DNA of 49,408 nucleotides, filler included, from Trypethelium eluteriae (taxonomy: Eukaryota): the NCBI GenBank assembly GCA_051942245.1. It is 2 parts of 2 records of this genome, joined end to end, with 100 filler letters (N's around TTAATTAATTAA, not from the genome) between each part and the next. Parts side by side here need not be neighbours in the genome. Positions count along the whole stretch, not along the records: positions 24,756 to 49,408 come from JAVECL010000399.1; 1 more part is not named here. One strand, given 5' to 3'. The translations under genes and the position numbers were made by a program. Shown here one piece after another: positions 33,201-45,846 of this stretch. The notes beneath the pieces are model-generated. The model saw only the letters and a list, made by a program, of their open reading frames with translations. It had not been told where the DNA came from and made no database searches. The first letter of the stretch is position 1. Each line of letters starts with the position of its first letter.

Positions 33201-34743
33201 CTTTCTCAATAGCTGAGATGAAGGAAGAGTTGGTAGACAATGTCCATGGCCTGAACCCGAGTTTCCTTTTCAATCGCGTCGTCGTACTGAATGCATTTCT
33301 GCATTGTGTTAGCGATCAAGTTGACGCAATTGAGCGTCGTTGCGCTACCTTGTCGATCCAAATCATGCACAACAGGCAGAGTCACGCGACCGACCAGGCA
33401 CACATATTCCTTTTCCACTTCCAGACCTGAGAGGTTAGCAAGCAGGTCTAACATGTAGTAGCACAACTATGCACCACACATGAGCTACAGATCAGCTGCT
33501 CTGAAATACTCCGAGCCCGCCTGAGTTATGCCTATACCCGTTTGAGTACTACCTAAGCGTCAAAGCACAGCCCAGGTACTACTTAAGCTAATTTGCAGTG
33601 GATGGTGCCAAGATAATTGGAAAAGGGGTGACACGTTTGTGGTACCCGCCGTAGCCTATTATTGGAGAGTTCTTCTCCACAGCAAAAATCGAATTCTTGT
33701 CCACGGATATGGGCAAGGATCGCCGATCAGTGAACATCGCCACATCCAATCCAGGCTCCTCTTCGATTGACTATTGAGTCGCATCATCAACAGTGCTAGG
33801 CGTCCAACTGCTAACGGAACTACGAATCAAGAAAATAGCATTTTTTTTCCGCAAAGAACATAGAAAAATACAGAAACGGAAAACAAGATGCAAGATGGTA
33901 CGATAAGTGATAAGTGATAAAAAATGAGATGCAAAAGCTCACGCAGCAAAATATGCTATGGAAACCCCATTGTAAAACCTGCTTGGGGGGAGGGATGTTT
34001 AATTCCCCAAAATGCAATAGCATCGGGTCACCTTATGATGATATGAAGGATAATGAAGTAATTATACATGAATCATAACTCAGTTGATAGTGCAAAAAGC
34101 GGCGCTTCTTGCCCAAAATCATGTTGGATTATATGTGCCATCATCAATTTAGTAAGGTTAGAAGACTTTGCAAAGCTTGAGCAATTCAAAACGCGGTACC
34201 TCCGTAGCACGCAAACGATTCGAGCATAAGGCGGGAGGACGAGCGACGGAGACAGAGAGAGCGAGACAGAGGGGAGGCTTCCGGGCGTGACTTTGTGGAC
34301 GTCAAAGGCAGCGCGCGACACGATGCCTGACGGGGGCAAGCGCCGGGGCCCGGGGTGCGAGGCTAGCTGGAAAGGGGGCGCACTGGGCCAGAGAGTACCT
34401 TTACCCACGGCAATCTCTCCCACAATTTTCCATGATCATTCTTGCAAACAATTCTTTGCTATGATCTCTCCCTTCGTGTTGTCTCCTCTGCGTGTATTAG
34501 AGACCTATGTCAGCTTTTAGCCCCGTGACATCATGACATGCGACCAATCCGTTGACACCTCGTTCATACATCTGTCTACCACAACTCAATCCTGTGTCTG
34601 CGTTTGACTTGCCTTCTTTCTCCTCGCTTTGGAGCCAGATATGTCGCTCTGAGGTGATGCGCTGGACAAGGGATTGTACCAACAACTCTGAAACATTGGC
34701 ACACCGAATTAACGGAGTTACTGCCAAGGCGCTCTAGTCAACG

Positions 34744-36596
34744 ATGGAGACAAAGACAGAGGGCATTCGGGTCGCAGTTCTAGGCCTAGGTAGGGAAAGT
34801 TGGTAGTTTCATTCTCCATTTTCTTAATGAGGTTGGACATAGGCATAGCAGGCGTTGGGACTGTGAAGAATCTCCGTGAAGAAGGCTTCGACGCGATAGG
34901 CTTCGAACGGAGCGATTGGGTTGGTGGACTGTGGCAATGGTCAACGGATACCAGCCAGACCACGGTCCTCCAAAGTAAGCATGTACTCGATTTATATGGA
35001 TCTGTACATCTAACATGTAGATAAAGGCACGAGAACGAACATCTCGAAGCAAAGAGTGAGTAGCGCTCGCACCGGGCTGTTCTTGCGCCGTCGTTGACGT
35101 ATCTGTAGAGCTGTTACCAAGACTATCCTTTTCCAGAAAATGTTCCGAATTATCCATCTGGCGAGGACGTCGCCAAATACATCCAAAGCTACGCCGATCA
35201 TTTTGGGGTGTCTGAACACTTTCGCCTTGGTGCGAGCATTGAACGCGTCGAGCGTTCTGGCGACGAGAAGCAGTGGCTCATCAGGTTCAACGATAAAAAG
35301 TCTGGCCCTCGAACAGAACTCTTTGACAAAGTGGTCGTGACTACTGGTGCCTATTGCCAAGCGTTTACGCCCAAGTACCCGGGCATAGGCGAGACGAAGA
35401 TCCGGGTTCTTCATTCGCAGAACTTCAAGGAGTAGGTCTGACGTTACTACTGTAAAGCTAGACTGATGTCCGCAGGCCTAACGACTTTGCCGGAAAACGT
35501 GTAGTGGTTGTCGGCTTTAGCAACACTGCAGCGGATGCCGCAACCGACCTCAGCAAAGTGACAACCCAAACTTACATCTCACACCGGACGGGTGCTCGTA
35601 TAGTAAGTACAGCCCGAATCATTTCTGCAAAATTGTTGTTAAAGAATCTAGATCACTCGGACGATGAACAAAGGCAAGCCGATGGATTGGAAGGCTAGCC
35701 GCCGTATCACGAGCCTCTCGCAAAAAGTGAACGCTCGCTTTCCAAACCTCGCTGCAAAGATGGGAAGTTGGTTTCTTGAACGAATGATGAAGAAACAATG
35801 GCCGTTTATTCAACCTGCCTGGAACCTTTCCCCAGCACCGCCTATCGCCAACAAGTCCCCATTGATAAACGACGAAATTATCTCCTGTCTGAGAGCTGGC
35901 ACCGTCAAATCCGCGCGTGACATCCGGCGCTTCATCCCCGACAGCAAGTCTCTCGAGTTCACTGACGGCGTCACCCTCACCGATATTGATGGCGTCATCT
36001 TTTGCACAGGATACTACTTCGACTGGTCCATCTTCGCTTCCGAAGCCGATCCCACCGCCTTCGCCGCGACAGAGTGGGACGCGTCACCACATCAAAACGG
36101 CCTGCGCTTCCCGCGTCTGTACCAGGGTCTGCTCTCTTCTCGCTTCCCGGAGTCGCTGGCGTTCATCGGTCCCGTGCGCGGCTTCTCCGGCTCCGCGTTC
36201 GCCAACTACGACCTCTGGTCTCAGGCCGTGGCGCAGATATGGAAGGGTAATTATCCGCTTCCTTCGCGCGCCGAGATGAACGCGTGGTGTGACCGGAACT
36301 ATAAGTCGAATCTGGCCCAGTTGCAGGACTGGCATCTTCAAAAGGTCGGCCTTATTCCACAGGAGCTGGAGCACTGGCTGAACGACGCGGCGGGGAATGG
36401 GGTGAATGAGATCCTGGGTAGCTCGTGGAGCTGGGCGGCGTGGAAGTTCTGGTGGAACAACCGCGCCCTGTATAAGTTGATCATGACAGGCATCGATACG
36501 CCGTTTCCATATCGTTTATTCGAGGGCAGGAGAAAGAAGTGGGATGGTGCAGCTGAAGCAATCTACAAGGTTAATGGAAAGAAATACGTCAAGTAA
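34744..36596 (+). CDS. Class B flavin-containing monooxygenase (FMO-like), about 6 exons
   Basis: GLGIAG FAD motif, GGLW, VVTTG, LHSQNFK, GFSNTAAD NADPH motif, FCTGY. Confidence 0.9.
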
Positions 36597-37175
36597 GACG
36601 AGACTCGAGAGGCGATCGATGCGATCTCACACGAGTTCTAAGGTAAGCTAGTACTCGATCAGCCGTTCCCGCATGCGAATACTGATGCGGGATGGGTGGA
36701 TAAGTAAATGCCTGAGGCAAGAGCTGTACCGATATTCTCTGTGCCATCGACAAGGGCATGGCAGCAGTCGTGTGCCGGTATCACTTTTGATTGAGGGTTC
36801 TTGGTCTTGGGTAAACGAGCAGTGTGCGTTGCATGAGCCTCTATTTGTCGTCTAAGCGTGCCGTTCTCGCCCCGTAGTGCCATGATACAGATGCTAAACA
36901 ATCCAATTGATTTGCATTAAGATCATCAACAAAATACAAGTGTACTAGCGGCTTCGTGTTGTCTTTTCAACTTTCGTAAGGTATAGTTAGAGCTTGCTAC
37001 CATGTGGAAGGCGATTCTTCTCACGTAAGTGTACTCAGTCTGAGCGTCTGTGCTGAAGGTCAATTTACAAAACTCAGTGCAGACGCCTTCTTACAAAGCG
37101 CACGGCAGACTCATTCTTTTCAGGCAGGAAGGAGTGGGCTTGTGCCTGGCAATTTATTGAAATTGTGATGTCTCG

Positions 37176-37625
37176 GTGGCTGATGTGAGATACATCAGTT
37201 TTCCTCCGGGTCTTAGAGTACTTTTCGCGGTATCTTATTCCTGGCCACCAATCGAAGACGTCGCTGTAAAATCTCGAATCCGTATTTGCTTGAACTACAA
37301 CCAACTCTCCAAAAGCCAGACGACCAGTATCTTCGTGGATCCCGTGAAACAATACAGAAAATAAGGCGAACTGGGGGTAAGTCACAAGCAAATAGAGGCT
37401 TTTGCAAATATCAAACTCTTCAGGAAGGACTTTGACGGAAGGCAGATACGCAACATTGTCACAACAGCTATGGGATACGCTCGAGGTACTGGCGAGGAGA
37501 AGATGAATGTCGAACATATACGCCACGTTGTGAGTTTTGTGGACGACTCCGAGACTGATCTATCAGCCCAGATGCGGGACTGGGAAGTGTCTCAGGGAAA
37601 GATATCGTACAGGAACTCAGTCTGA
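37176..37625 (+). pseudogene. Decayed fungal AAA+ ATPase (C-terminal half of nucleotide-binding domain plus lid)
   Basis: SVFLRVLEYF/RGILFLATNR/DVAVKSRI..LNY and FDGRQIRNIVTTAMG recovered across two frameshifts and an in-frame TAA (37362-37364); no Walker A found. Confidence 0.8.
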
Positions 37626-37702
37626 CGACAATGAGTCTTGTAATGCCATGCTAGTAGAATGGAAAGCCAAAGATTCAACTCCTCGTTGTAACGGGGCCGA
37701 GC

Positions 37703-39160
37703 TTATTTTAATTTCTCATTCTCGGTCATGTGTTCTTCCTTCCTGTTCTTTACCTTTTCTCCAATGCCTTTCAACTTATCCTCTTCATCACTTCGTAGTC
37801 CAGCAGGGAAGAATTCACCAGCCAGTCGCTGGCCTGCGTTGGGAAGGCGCTCTTCTACCTTATAAAGTGTCTCAATGACCTTTCTGTGTCCAATGACTCC
37901 GTCGAATATGAGTGGAAGACCTAGACTCTCGGGCTTACGGCTCCAGCCGGCAACAAAGATGTTTTGCAGCATTCCTATCGATCCAACTGCGATCAAAAAC
38001 CAGGCGTGATCTGTCAGCGCCGAGCTCGCGATTAGTAGACAGACCCACAACACGGCCAAGCCCAGCATGGCGAATCGAGTGGTTACAGAAATGGCGGGAG
38101 AATCCAGGTTGTCGAATCCTGTGCACAAGTCTTCCAAATTCATCCCAACGCCATTACATTCGATGATCAAAGCATGCTGAGCCCCGTTACCACGCGTCAT
38201 GATATAGTGCCTGGGTTTGTCCCCTTTTTCAAAAATTCGACATGCCCATTTCTCCCTTTTCCACTGCTTTTGGCACCCGGTCAAGAGACACAAGATTATA
38301 GCAGCAGCTGTGACCAGAAAGTATCCCCAGTCCCCATACACACCGAAGGGTATGGCAGCTACGCCAAGCTGAACAATACTTGTAACAACTCCAGACCAAA
38401 AGAGGATATCCATCCCTGGCTTTCCCACGCTTGATCTCTTCATTTCGTCGACTTTCCAAAAACTCACGACCAAGCCAGCAAGCTTCGGGCGTTCAACCTT
38501 CTTCGGCGCCATCCCAGAGCTTTTTGCCTTGGCTTGGTCTAAGTCCCACTTAAATTTGTTGTCGCGAAGTTCTGTGACCATTTTATGCACCTCAGGGCCG
38601 TCTTGTTTCATCCAGTACTCGAAATCTCGCATGACTCGGCCGAGAATCCACGACCCATTGCTGCGTGACTGTCCGCTACTCACGTTGATTACGGTGCATG
38701 GTGTGTCTGAGCCTGGCATCAATTTCATCTCGCCAACGGCAGAATTGACCGCGCTGGTAGCGTAGGATACCCAACCTGAAACTCAACTTAGTAAAGGTAG
38801 TTTATGACGATAATCGATTGAATGCTTGTGAGAAGAGGTAGACATACACCACCGGGAGACCTGGTCCCATCCAGAAAAGGGCACCTTTCATGAGGTGCGC
38901 ATAGACAAAAGGCAAGTAAAGAGCCACAAATATCCGCTAGGCACATGAAACAACTTACCAAAAGAGAATGCTACTGGCGTATACCAACCTCCTGCAAGTT
39001 GTGCAAGGGCCCGAGAGACAACATCACCACCAAGAAGAAGCAAGATAGTGAATGCGTAGTTGCTGGGGGCTGACCACTCATCAGAAAAAGAGCTCAAAGG
39101 CTCACTGAGATCAAAATCTGAGCTTTGGCGCGCGAAAAGATGCCCCATTAATGGAGCCAT
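37703..39160 (-). CDS. Uncharacterised fungal membrane protein; join(38959..39160,37703..38775), ~424 aa
   Basis: LLLLGGDVVSRALAQL..G..TPVAFSFGWVSY, N.SWILGR.MRD, QWKREKWAC, TRGNG..H motifs of a recurrent fungal hypothetical family; several hydrophobic helices; 183-nt GTAAGT..CAG intron. Confidence 0.85.
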
Positions 39161-40540
39161 GTTGTTGCAAAATCCTACTACGTATAGGGGATTCAATGAG
39201 AAGGTAAAAGATCTACTTCTGCGGTGAAGGACGAAAGAATACCGCGATTTTTGTAGAGATAGAAAGATTAAGGAGATTGAGCACCGCCTACATTCACTTT
39301 GGATAAACAGCTTTTGACTGGTTGAATCACTCCCAGAGAAATAGTCGTAGCAGGTTGGCAAATGAAACGACTTTTCCAGGAAAGACAGCCGCGTTGCCGA
39401 TCAAATCTTCCGGTGAACTAGGCTTTGACGCTTTTCCTTAAAGGCTAGGGAGTTGCTTTATTCGTTTGAGTGAAGAACATACTTGGAAGACAGTCCCCAC
39501 GCATTTTTCTTTGGGTTATTGGTGGCGTTCTAGGGTTGAACAGAACATGTATACCGCCGATACGTATTAAGAGGCGATGTCTAAAGTTCATTCGAGAGTC
39601 TGAAAATTACAAATTGACTTGCATTGCAACTAAGACAGGGCTAACTATTGCCAGGGAAACGGGTCTGTCTCTTAGGAGCCTGGGTAAGCGACATTTCCGA
39701 CGAAACCCTTGCGAAGAACTGTGAGCCGACGCTCCGGACCGCTGATCTTCCCGCAGCCATCAGCACTAAGTACTACTAAGTAAAGTATTAATTCGGGCGC
39801 ATCCGACGGATTTCCATCCTGTCCTGTATCGTATCAGAGGATGCGTCAGTCTCAGCTGCTTGCGGATTCGCTGGGCTTTACGCTTGTCGTTTGCAGGTAC
39901 CTGAACGCAGTTAGCTTGCTAAACAAAGTACGACTAAGGCATGCAACTCCGCTCATGGTGGAATTGAGACGCCTCTTCTTGCTTTCAATTGCCAAGTGGC
40001 TGGCTGAGATGGACTCCGTCCCTGCAATTGGAGACCTCTACGAACTGGTCCTCAACAGATGACTCGTTGCAATCCCGTTATGACTGAGGCATTGACGTTG
40101 TCAATGTGGTTAGTCCGAGGGAGAGAGAAAGCTTCGATGTTGGCAATGGCTGCGTGCTTCATGGCAGCGCATCCCACGCCCCTGGATTGACCACTCTATT
40201 GCTGCGAGTCACTGCATCTATCACAAATCTTCATCCAATGTTTAATTGCTGCATCAGACCCGGCGACGCCTTGATCCCTTAGCCTAAACGAGATTTGTCA
40301 ATTCCTCAGCAATTCGGCATAATGAACTCCTTCTGGTCTGCCGGGGTAGCTAATCATACATGCTGCTTCGAGTCACCTTTATGCCCTACTGTGGGCCTCT
40401 ACAAGTCATGTCTGAAACGTCTCCCGGATAAATACCTCCTCTATGCAGTCTATGCTGGTCTCCAGGCCCTTTTCTGCGCTCTCCTTAGACATCCACACGA
40501 AGAGCACCATCCGCATTTTGCCCCCGGCCAGCTCTAAATC

Positions 40541-43327
40541 ATGGACCATCTCAAGCTGCCGGAAGGTGCAAAACCCTTCATTGTCGTAGCGTATGATGGG
40601 GAGGAGAAGGACTACTACGAGAAACTGAAGGGGAAGGACTTCTTTACATTCCCACAGAGCCAAGGCTGGACGGATGACGACGTCGACTGTCGCCCTAGAC
40701 AAACTGGAGACCTGATGGGAGGAACTGTGGAGGGCGAAGAGAAGAAGACCCGTCAGCCTTGGGAGATTGAGAAGTTCTTTCAGACTTGGCTATTCTTCGG
40801 CCTCATCATTGAGGTATTTACTCTGGTTGGTATATCCATTACTACATCGGACTTTCTGGTCCCGTTCACTCAGAAGACACTTCTCAAACCTCAAGTATCT
40901 CACATAGTCAGTACGGAGATTTTGCCAGAAAAGATAAGGGAGTGGAGGGAAAGCTTTCGAACTTCCAGAAACAGTGAAAATTTTGACAAGATCATGCAAC
41001 TGCTTGACTACGTCGGGAACGTGGTCGATAGTCACTGTTCCAACAGCAAAACTCACCGTTCTCCTGGCCAGTACGGCAAAGTGACGTGGCCTGTCAAAGA
41101 CGAGATAACGACGTCCATCATCGCTGTTGCAGCGATGCTTCGCAAGGCTGCTCGTTCCATCTACAATCGGCCTAAGAATGGGGAGAGATGGCCCGTCACC
41201 AACTCCGAAATACTGCGTTTACGCATCCAGAGGAAATGGTGCCGGTCAGATGCAGCAATGATCATGGAAGACTTCGACGTTGACGGGCAATACTACATCG
41301 CCGCAGCCGAGAGCCAGCCACCTGAAAAGCTCGACACGCACTACGCATGCACCGATCAGTCGTGCGAGGCCAAGATCGCAGATGGTACCTATGTCATTCA
41401 ACACGCGAGAGGGTGTGTCGGAGACGACTACGAGCCAATACCCAAATTCTTGGGTCATCTAGAGCCCACCTACGGTAAGAGTCCGGACACCGTAAGGCAA
41501 GCCATTATGGATATCTATGACGCTCAAGATCTGCCTTTCTTGAGATGGGACTTTGAGCAGCATGGACTCGTCACGTTTGGGCATAAAGAAGATCGCTATG
41601 CCGAGGGAGCTGACAAGATACCACCATATGTTGCCATATCCCATGTGTAAGTTCCATTCGCGAGCGAGTCGCATGTCGCTGCAGATCTGACAGATATCGG
41701 TAGATGGGCAAACGGCATGGGAAATCCCTTTGATAATTCCCTTCCATACTGCCAGCTTGAATGGATACAGAAGCTGGTAGATGACTTGTGTCTGAATCAT
41801 GTTTCCAAGGCATCTGACCAGAAACCTGGGTTCTGGATGGATATACTGTGCTGTCTCGTTGGCAACGACAAGAAAAGCCAGGACTACAAGAAATCAAGTA
41901 TTGCTTCGATGCGCAAGATCTATGCGGAAGCCGTCGCGGTGCTGATCATCGACCCATGGCTGATGGCAGTCCCATCGACCGCAGACATGAGCGAGGTATG
42001 CGTCAGAGTATATGCTGCGGCATGGTCTCGTCGTCTTTGGACGCATCAAGAAGGCTTCTTGGGAAAGGACGTCTACTATCAGTTTCAAGACAAGCCTGTC
42101 GCCTTTGGCGAGGTCAATAAACTGGCCGAAGAGTACCAGGAGCGATTAGCGAGGCAAGGCTATCCCATCACATTTCCTCTCGAGGCTTCAAGCAAGACAA
42201 GCTTTTACTATACCGGCATCAAGGATTTCATAAGAGGCATAAGTGACGGGCACTTCCAACGTGACCAAAGATGGATCGTCTACCAACATCTTGCCAAATC
42301 GCTCGGATACCGAGCAACTACGAAGGTTAGCGACGAACTCCTCTGCATTGCCTCCATCATTGGCTTGACTGTGAAAGACTATACGGGTATCGAGGAGAGC
42401 AATGAAGAGCGCTTGGCTGAGCTGCGAATGGAGGCCTTCCTCCACGAGATAGGTCGCTTCCGTCAGGGCATCATTTTCAACAGCTATCGTCGCCTGACAA
42501 TCCCCGGCTTCCGGTGGGCTCCGCTGTCCCTGCTAGGTCATAGATCTTCCGGTCTGGGAGACCTCGACGGATCTCCAGACGCGGCAATCAAAGACTTCAG
42601 CGACCGTACAGTAAACGACAAGTATGTCGAGGTTTCAGCTCTGGGTGGCAAATTAAACACCAAAATCAATCTCACCAAGCACATGACCAAGACCCTCGGC
42701 CTGAACAACAAGAAACTTCTGGAGATGACTTTAGGTAACGGGAAGACGGTTCTCCTTCCAACCGTCGGTCTGCCAGTAGATTATCCAGGCTACACCATCA
42801 AGTTCCTCCCAAACGAGCATGGACTGACTGTCAATATGGCGGAAAGACGGTTTGGTCTCAAGTACTCTCCTGTTCGAAAGGTCGCCTCGTTCGTCAAACC
42901 TCCACCTATGCCCAAGGTCCCTTCGTTCGGTAAGGTCCCCACACTCGGCAAAAGCAGGTTAGGTGGATTTGGCAGTGCGCATCAGGCGGCGGCAGAGCAG
43001 GCGGCGCCGGCTGCGGAGGCAGCAACTGATACAGTGGCGGAGATCGTGTCGTACGAGTACGTGGTGCATGTTGCAGACAATGACGTTCAGTGGGATTACG
43101 ATAGGAACTACACAATCATCTTGCAGAAGGACCTGGGTGATGGAAGTGGTACGGAATTTCTGGCCATGGTGGGATTGATGTCGGTCGGGCCCGGTGATCG
43201 ATACTGGGTACAGTCTCTGTGTTCTGCGGTCATACGCGCTTGGGGGCCTGGTGATGATCCTAAGATTAAAGCTGGGATTGATATGATGGATGTGTCTGAA
43301 GCGAAGACGAACTGGGTTGTCACTTGA
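40541..43327 (+). CDS. HET-domain-like protein with long N- and C-terminal extensions; join(40541..41646,41704..43327), ~909 aa
   Basis: FFQTWLFFGL N-region; YVAISHVWANGMGN, NSLPYCQL, FWMDILC, MRKIYAEA.AVLIID, WSRRLWTHQEG, RWAPLS. Confidence 0.85.
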
Positions 43328-43739
43328 GACACTACACTGACTAGGAAATCTTAAGGTGTGTAAAGCAACTCCGGGGGAGAACAATGTCCCGATCTTAATG
43401 GTAGCTTGAATAGATTAACTCGGTATGATAATGTTCACCGCAAAAGGAGAGTACTCAACGAGCTAGGTTTTCGCGATCAGCATAGCATGATATGGGTGCC
43501 CAGAGTGGCATGTATCAATAGATAGAGGGTCGGGTCGGGTTTAAAACGAAGAGCTAAGAAGGTAACGCGATGTCAGAAAAACAAGATATCCATAGATTTC
43601 GGAACAAGTATGATAAGTAAATCACTAAATTTGAGCAGCAAAACGGGTTGACTGAAACATCTCAAGGTTGATCTCCAGCCCTCTTCCGGGGTCTTTCAAT
43701 CGGGTTGAAGATGACCGAACTTGTTTCCTTCGACAAGAC

Positions 43740-45846
43740 TTATACAATTATTACATCATTCACTGTTAAAGCCTTCAGACGTGAAGTCGTATCGGCCTTT
43801 ATGGATTCGAATACACCGAGTCGATGATAGACTTCTCGCTGCCCAACTTCTTCGCGGTGGAGTAGTAAACCTGTGCATCTTTGGGTTTCCTGGACATCAG
43901 ATAGAACATATGTGAAAATAGGCAATAAGAACATAGATACGGCCGGATCTGTTTGCTCAATCCGAACTTGCTCAGCGTTCTGGAACTTCCAATCGGACGA
44001 TCCTAGCACTGTTCTCGCAGAAAAATAATCGAAGACTACCATGTCCCCTCCACTATTCCAATCGTTATCTAATTGTATGGAGTTGAAGTCGCCATTCGAT
44101 CTGGAATCAGAACCGTCCAGTGAGTCAACGTCACCTTCTGAAGGATCCTCCGTAAAATTGAAAGGGCCATGAGGGCTTTCCACCATGAACTTATACTCCT
44201 CAAAATCTGGCAAAACGCGACCGAGTGGTCCCCGAAGTTTGATGTAGCCGCCACTGATCGATCCATAGCGATTATTGTCATAAAACTTGAGCTGAACATC
44301 GAGGAGTTGGCAGACGTCCTGGAAGTATAGATGTCTGTCCGACAGATTTTGAAACTCAATGGGCCCTTCAATGGATAGCCAAGACCAGGATGGAGCCCGA
44401 TATTTATCTGGTCGGAAGTGGGAATCCGTCCCCGGCGTCACGTTCCACATAAGATGGCGTGGGAGCTGGGACATCCACATCCCTGCGATATACCTATCGC
44501 CTAGCCTTTCCTCCTTATCTTGTGCAATACCAGATAGAGCAATAGTGCGATCAGATAGTACAGTCAGATCACAACGTGAATACCTTTCCATCATTGTGTT
44601 CCAATTCCACTGCCTTTCAGACTTGTCATATCGTCCCACAGAGATTGGAGCAATAGTTCCTCGGTTAGACTGTGCTCGGACCGGAATGCCGTTGGGAAAG
44701 GTTTCGCAAGCTTGGTGTTCTAGACAGACCCACCAAAACTGGGACTTGCATACGCTCAGGACACGTGGAGCCAACATCGTCTCTTGCAGAACCCAAGCTC
44801 TTTTGTGAAGAGGGGAATCCTCCACTTGATGAAAGTAGAGGCCACCAGGCAGTAGATAGTATTCGCACGAGGGTAATTGTGCCCAGGACGCTTGTACGGA
44901 TGGGAGTCTGATCAAGGCTGAATTACGCTCGGTAAAGCATGTATCTGAGTTGTCTGCCGCGGCAGCAGTAGCAATGCTGATCTCGCCGTAGCGAAAGATG
45001 TTAGCCATTTGTGCTGCCTCCCGTCTCCAATCAGCTTCATCGTCTTGGACGATGCAGAGAGAATCGATCCAGATGTATTGAAGTCCCAGCCGTCGAGCCA
45101 GCGTTATACCTTCCTTATAGCTTGTCGGGAGCGATCCAAATGCGATTCCCGACTGCAATTGATTGATATTTCCAGATAACAATTTCAGAGTCTTGGCTTT
45201 ACCCCAGCAATGTGATAAAGTAGCGTAGGGTCTCGTGATGCGGGCTTCTTCAGGTAGCACCAAGAAAATCTGTCCTGTTGAGTCTATGGAATGTATGTCC
45301 AATAACCGAGTTGGGAGGAAGCGTCTCGTCGGTGTTAAACGACATCGGTCATGGCACTCCAAACACGTTTTAAACCATTGCCGCGTGATGGACAGAAAAA
45401 AATCGTCTTCATAGTCTGCCGGAACTATATCGTGATCTCCAGTGTTATCACTAGCGTCTTAAATGGTGTTCCATTAGCTCAATTCATATTCCTTGAACCA
45501 AGAAATTGATCTCACCGGCCTGATCCAGCAGTAAAAAATACCAGAGGCCAGGATCTTCGTCGATTCCCACATTGGGGTCAATATCCTCGCCCAAATCATC
45601 CACTTCAATCTGAAGTTTTAACCAGGCTTCAGATTCATTGTTCAGGTGCGTAAGATACCATATAAGTTGGCAGTCTGTTGCAAACTTACGTGACCCGCCA
45701 TCGTTGAAGATGTTGGTGCAAATGAAGCAGCCTAGCTCGACTGCTCGCTGGAACGACTCCCGAGAGCGATGGTGGAGCTGTTCCTGCTTGAGGCGCTGAG
45801 GTCCACTGAAAATGGATCTACAAACAGAACACAACTTGGTACTCAT
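43740..45846 (-). CDS. Classical HET-domain (PF06985-type, TOL-like) protein; join(45516..45846,43740..45457), ~682 aa
   Basis: CxxC..H..C.IC N-terminus, PTRLLDI, YATLSHCWG, YIWIDSLCIVQDD, DW..EAAQM, RAWVLQE, ALSGIA, APSWSWLS. Confidence 0.92.

Noticed and set aside
37074..37526. 150-aa minus-strand ORF
   Set aside because: Antisense to the AAA pseudogene; no motif of its own
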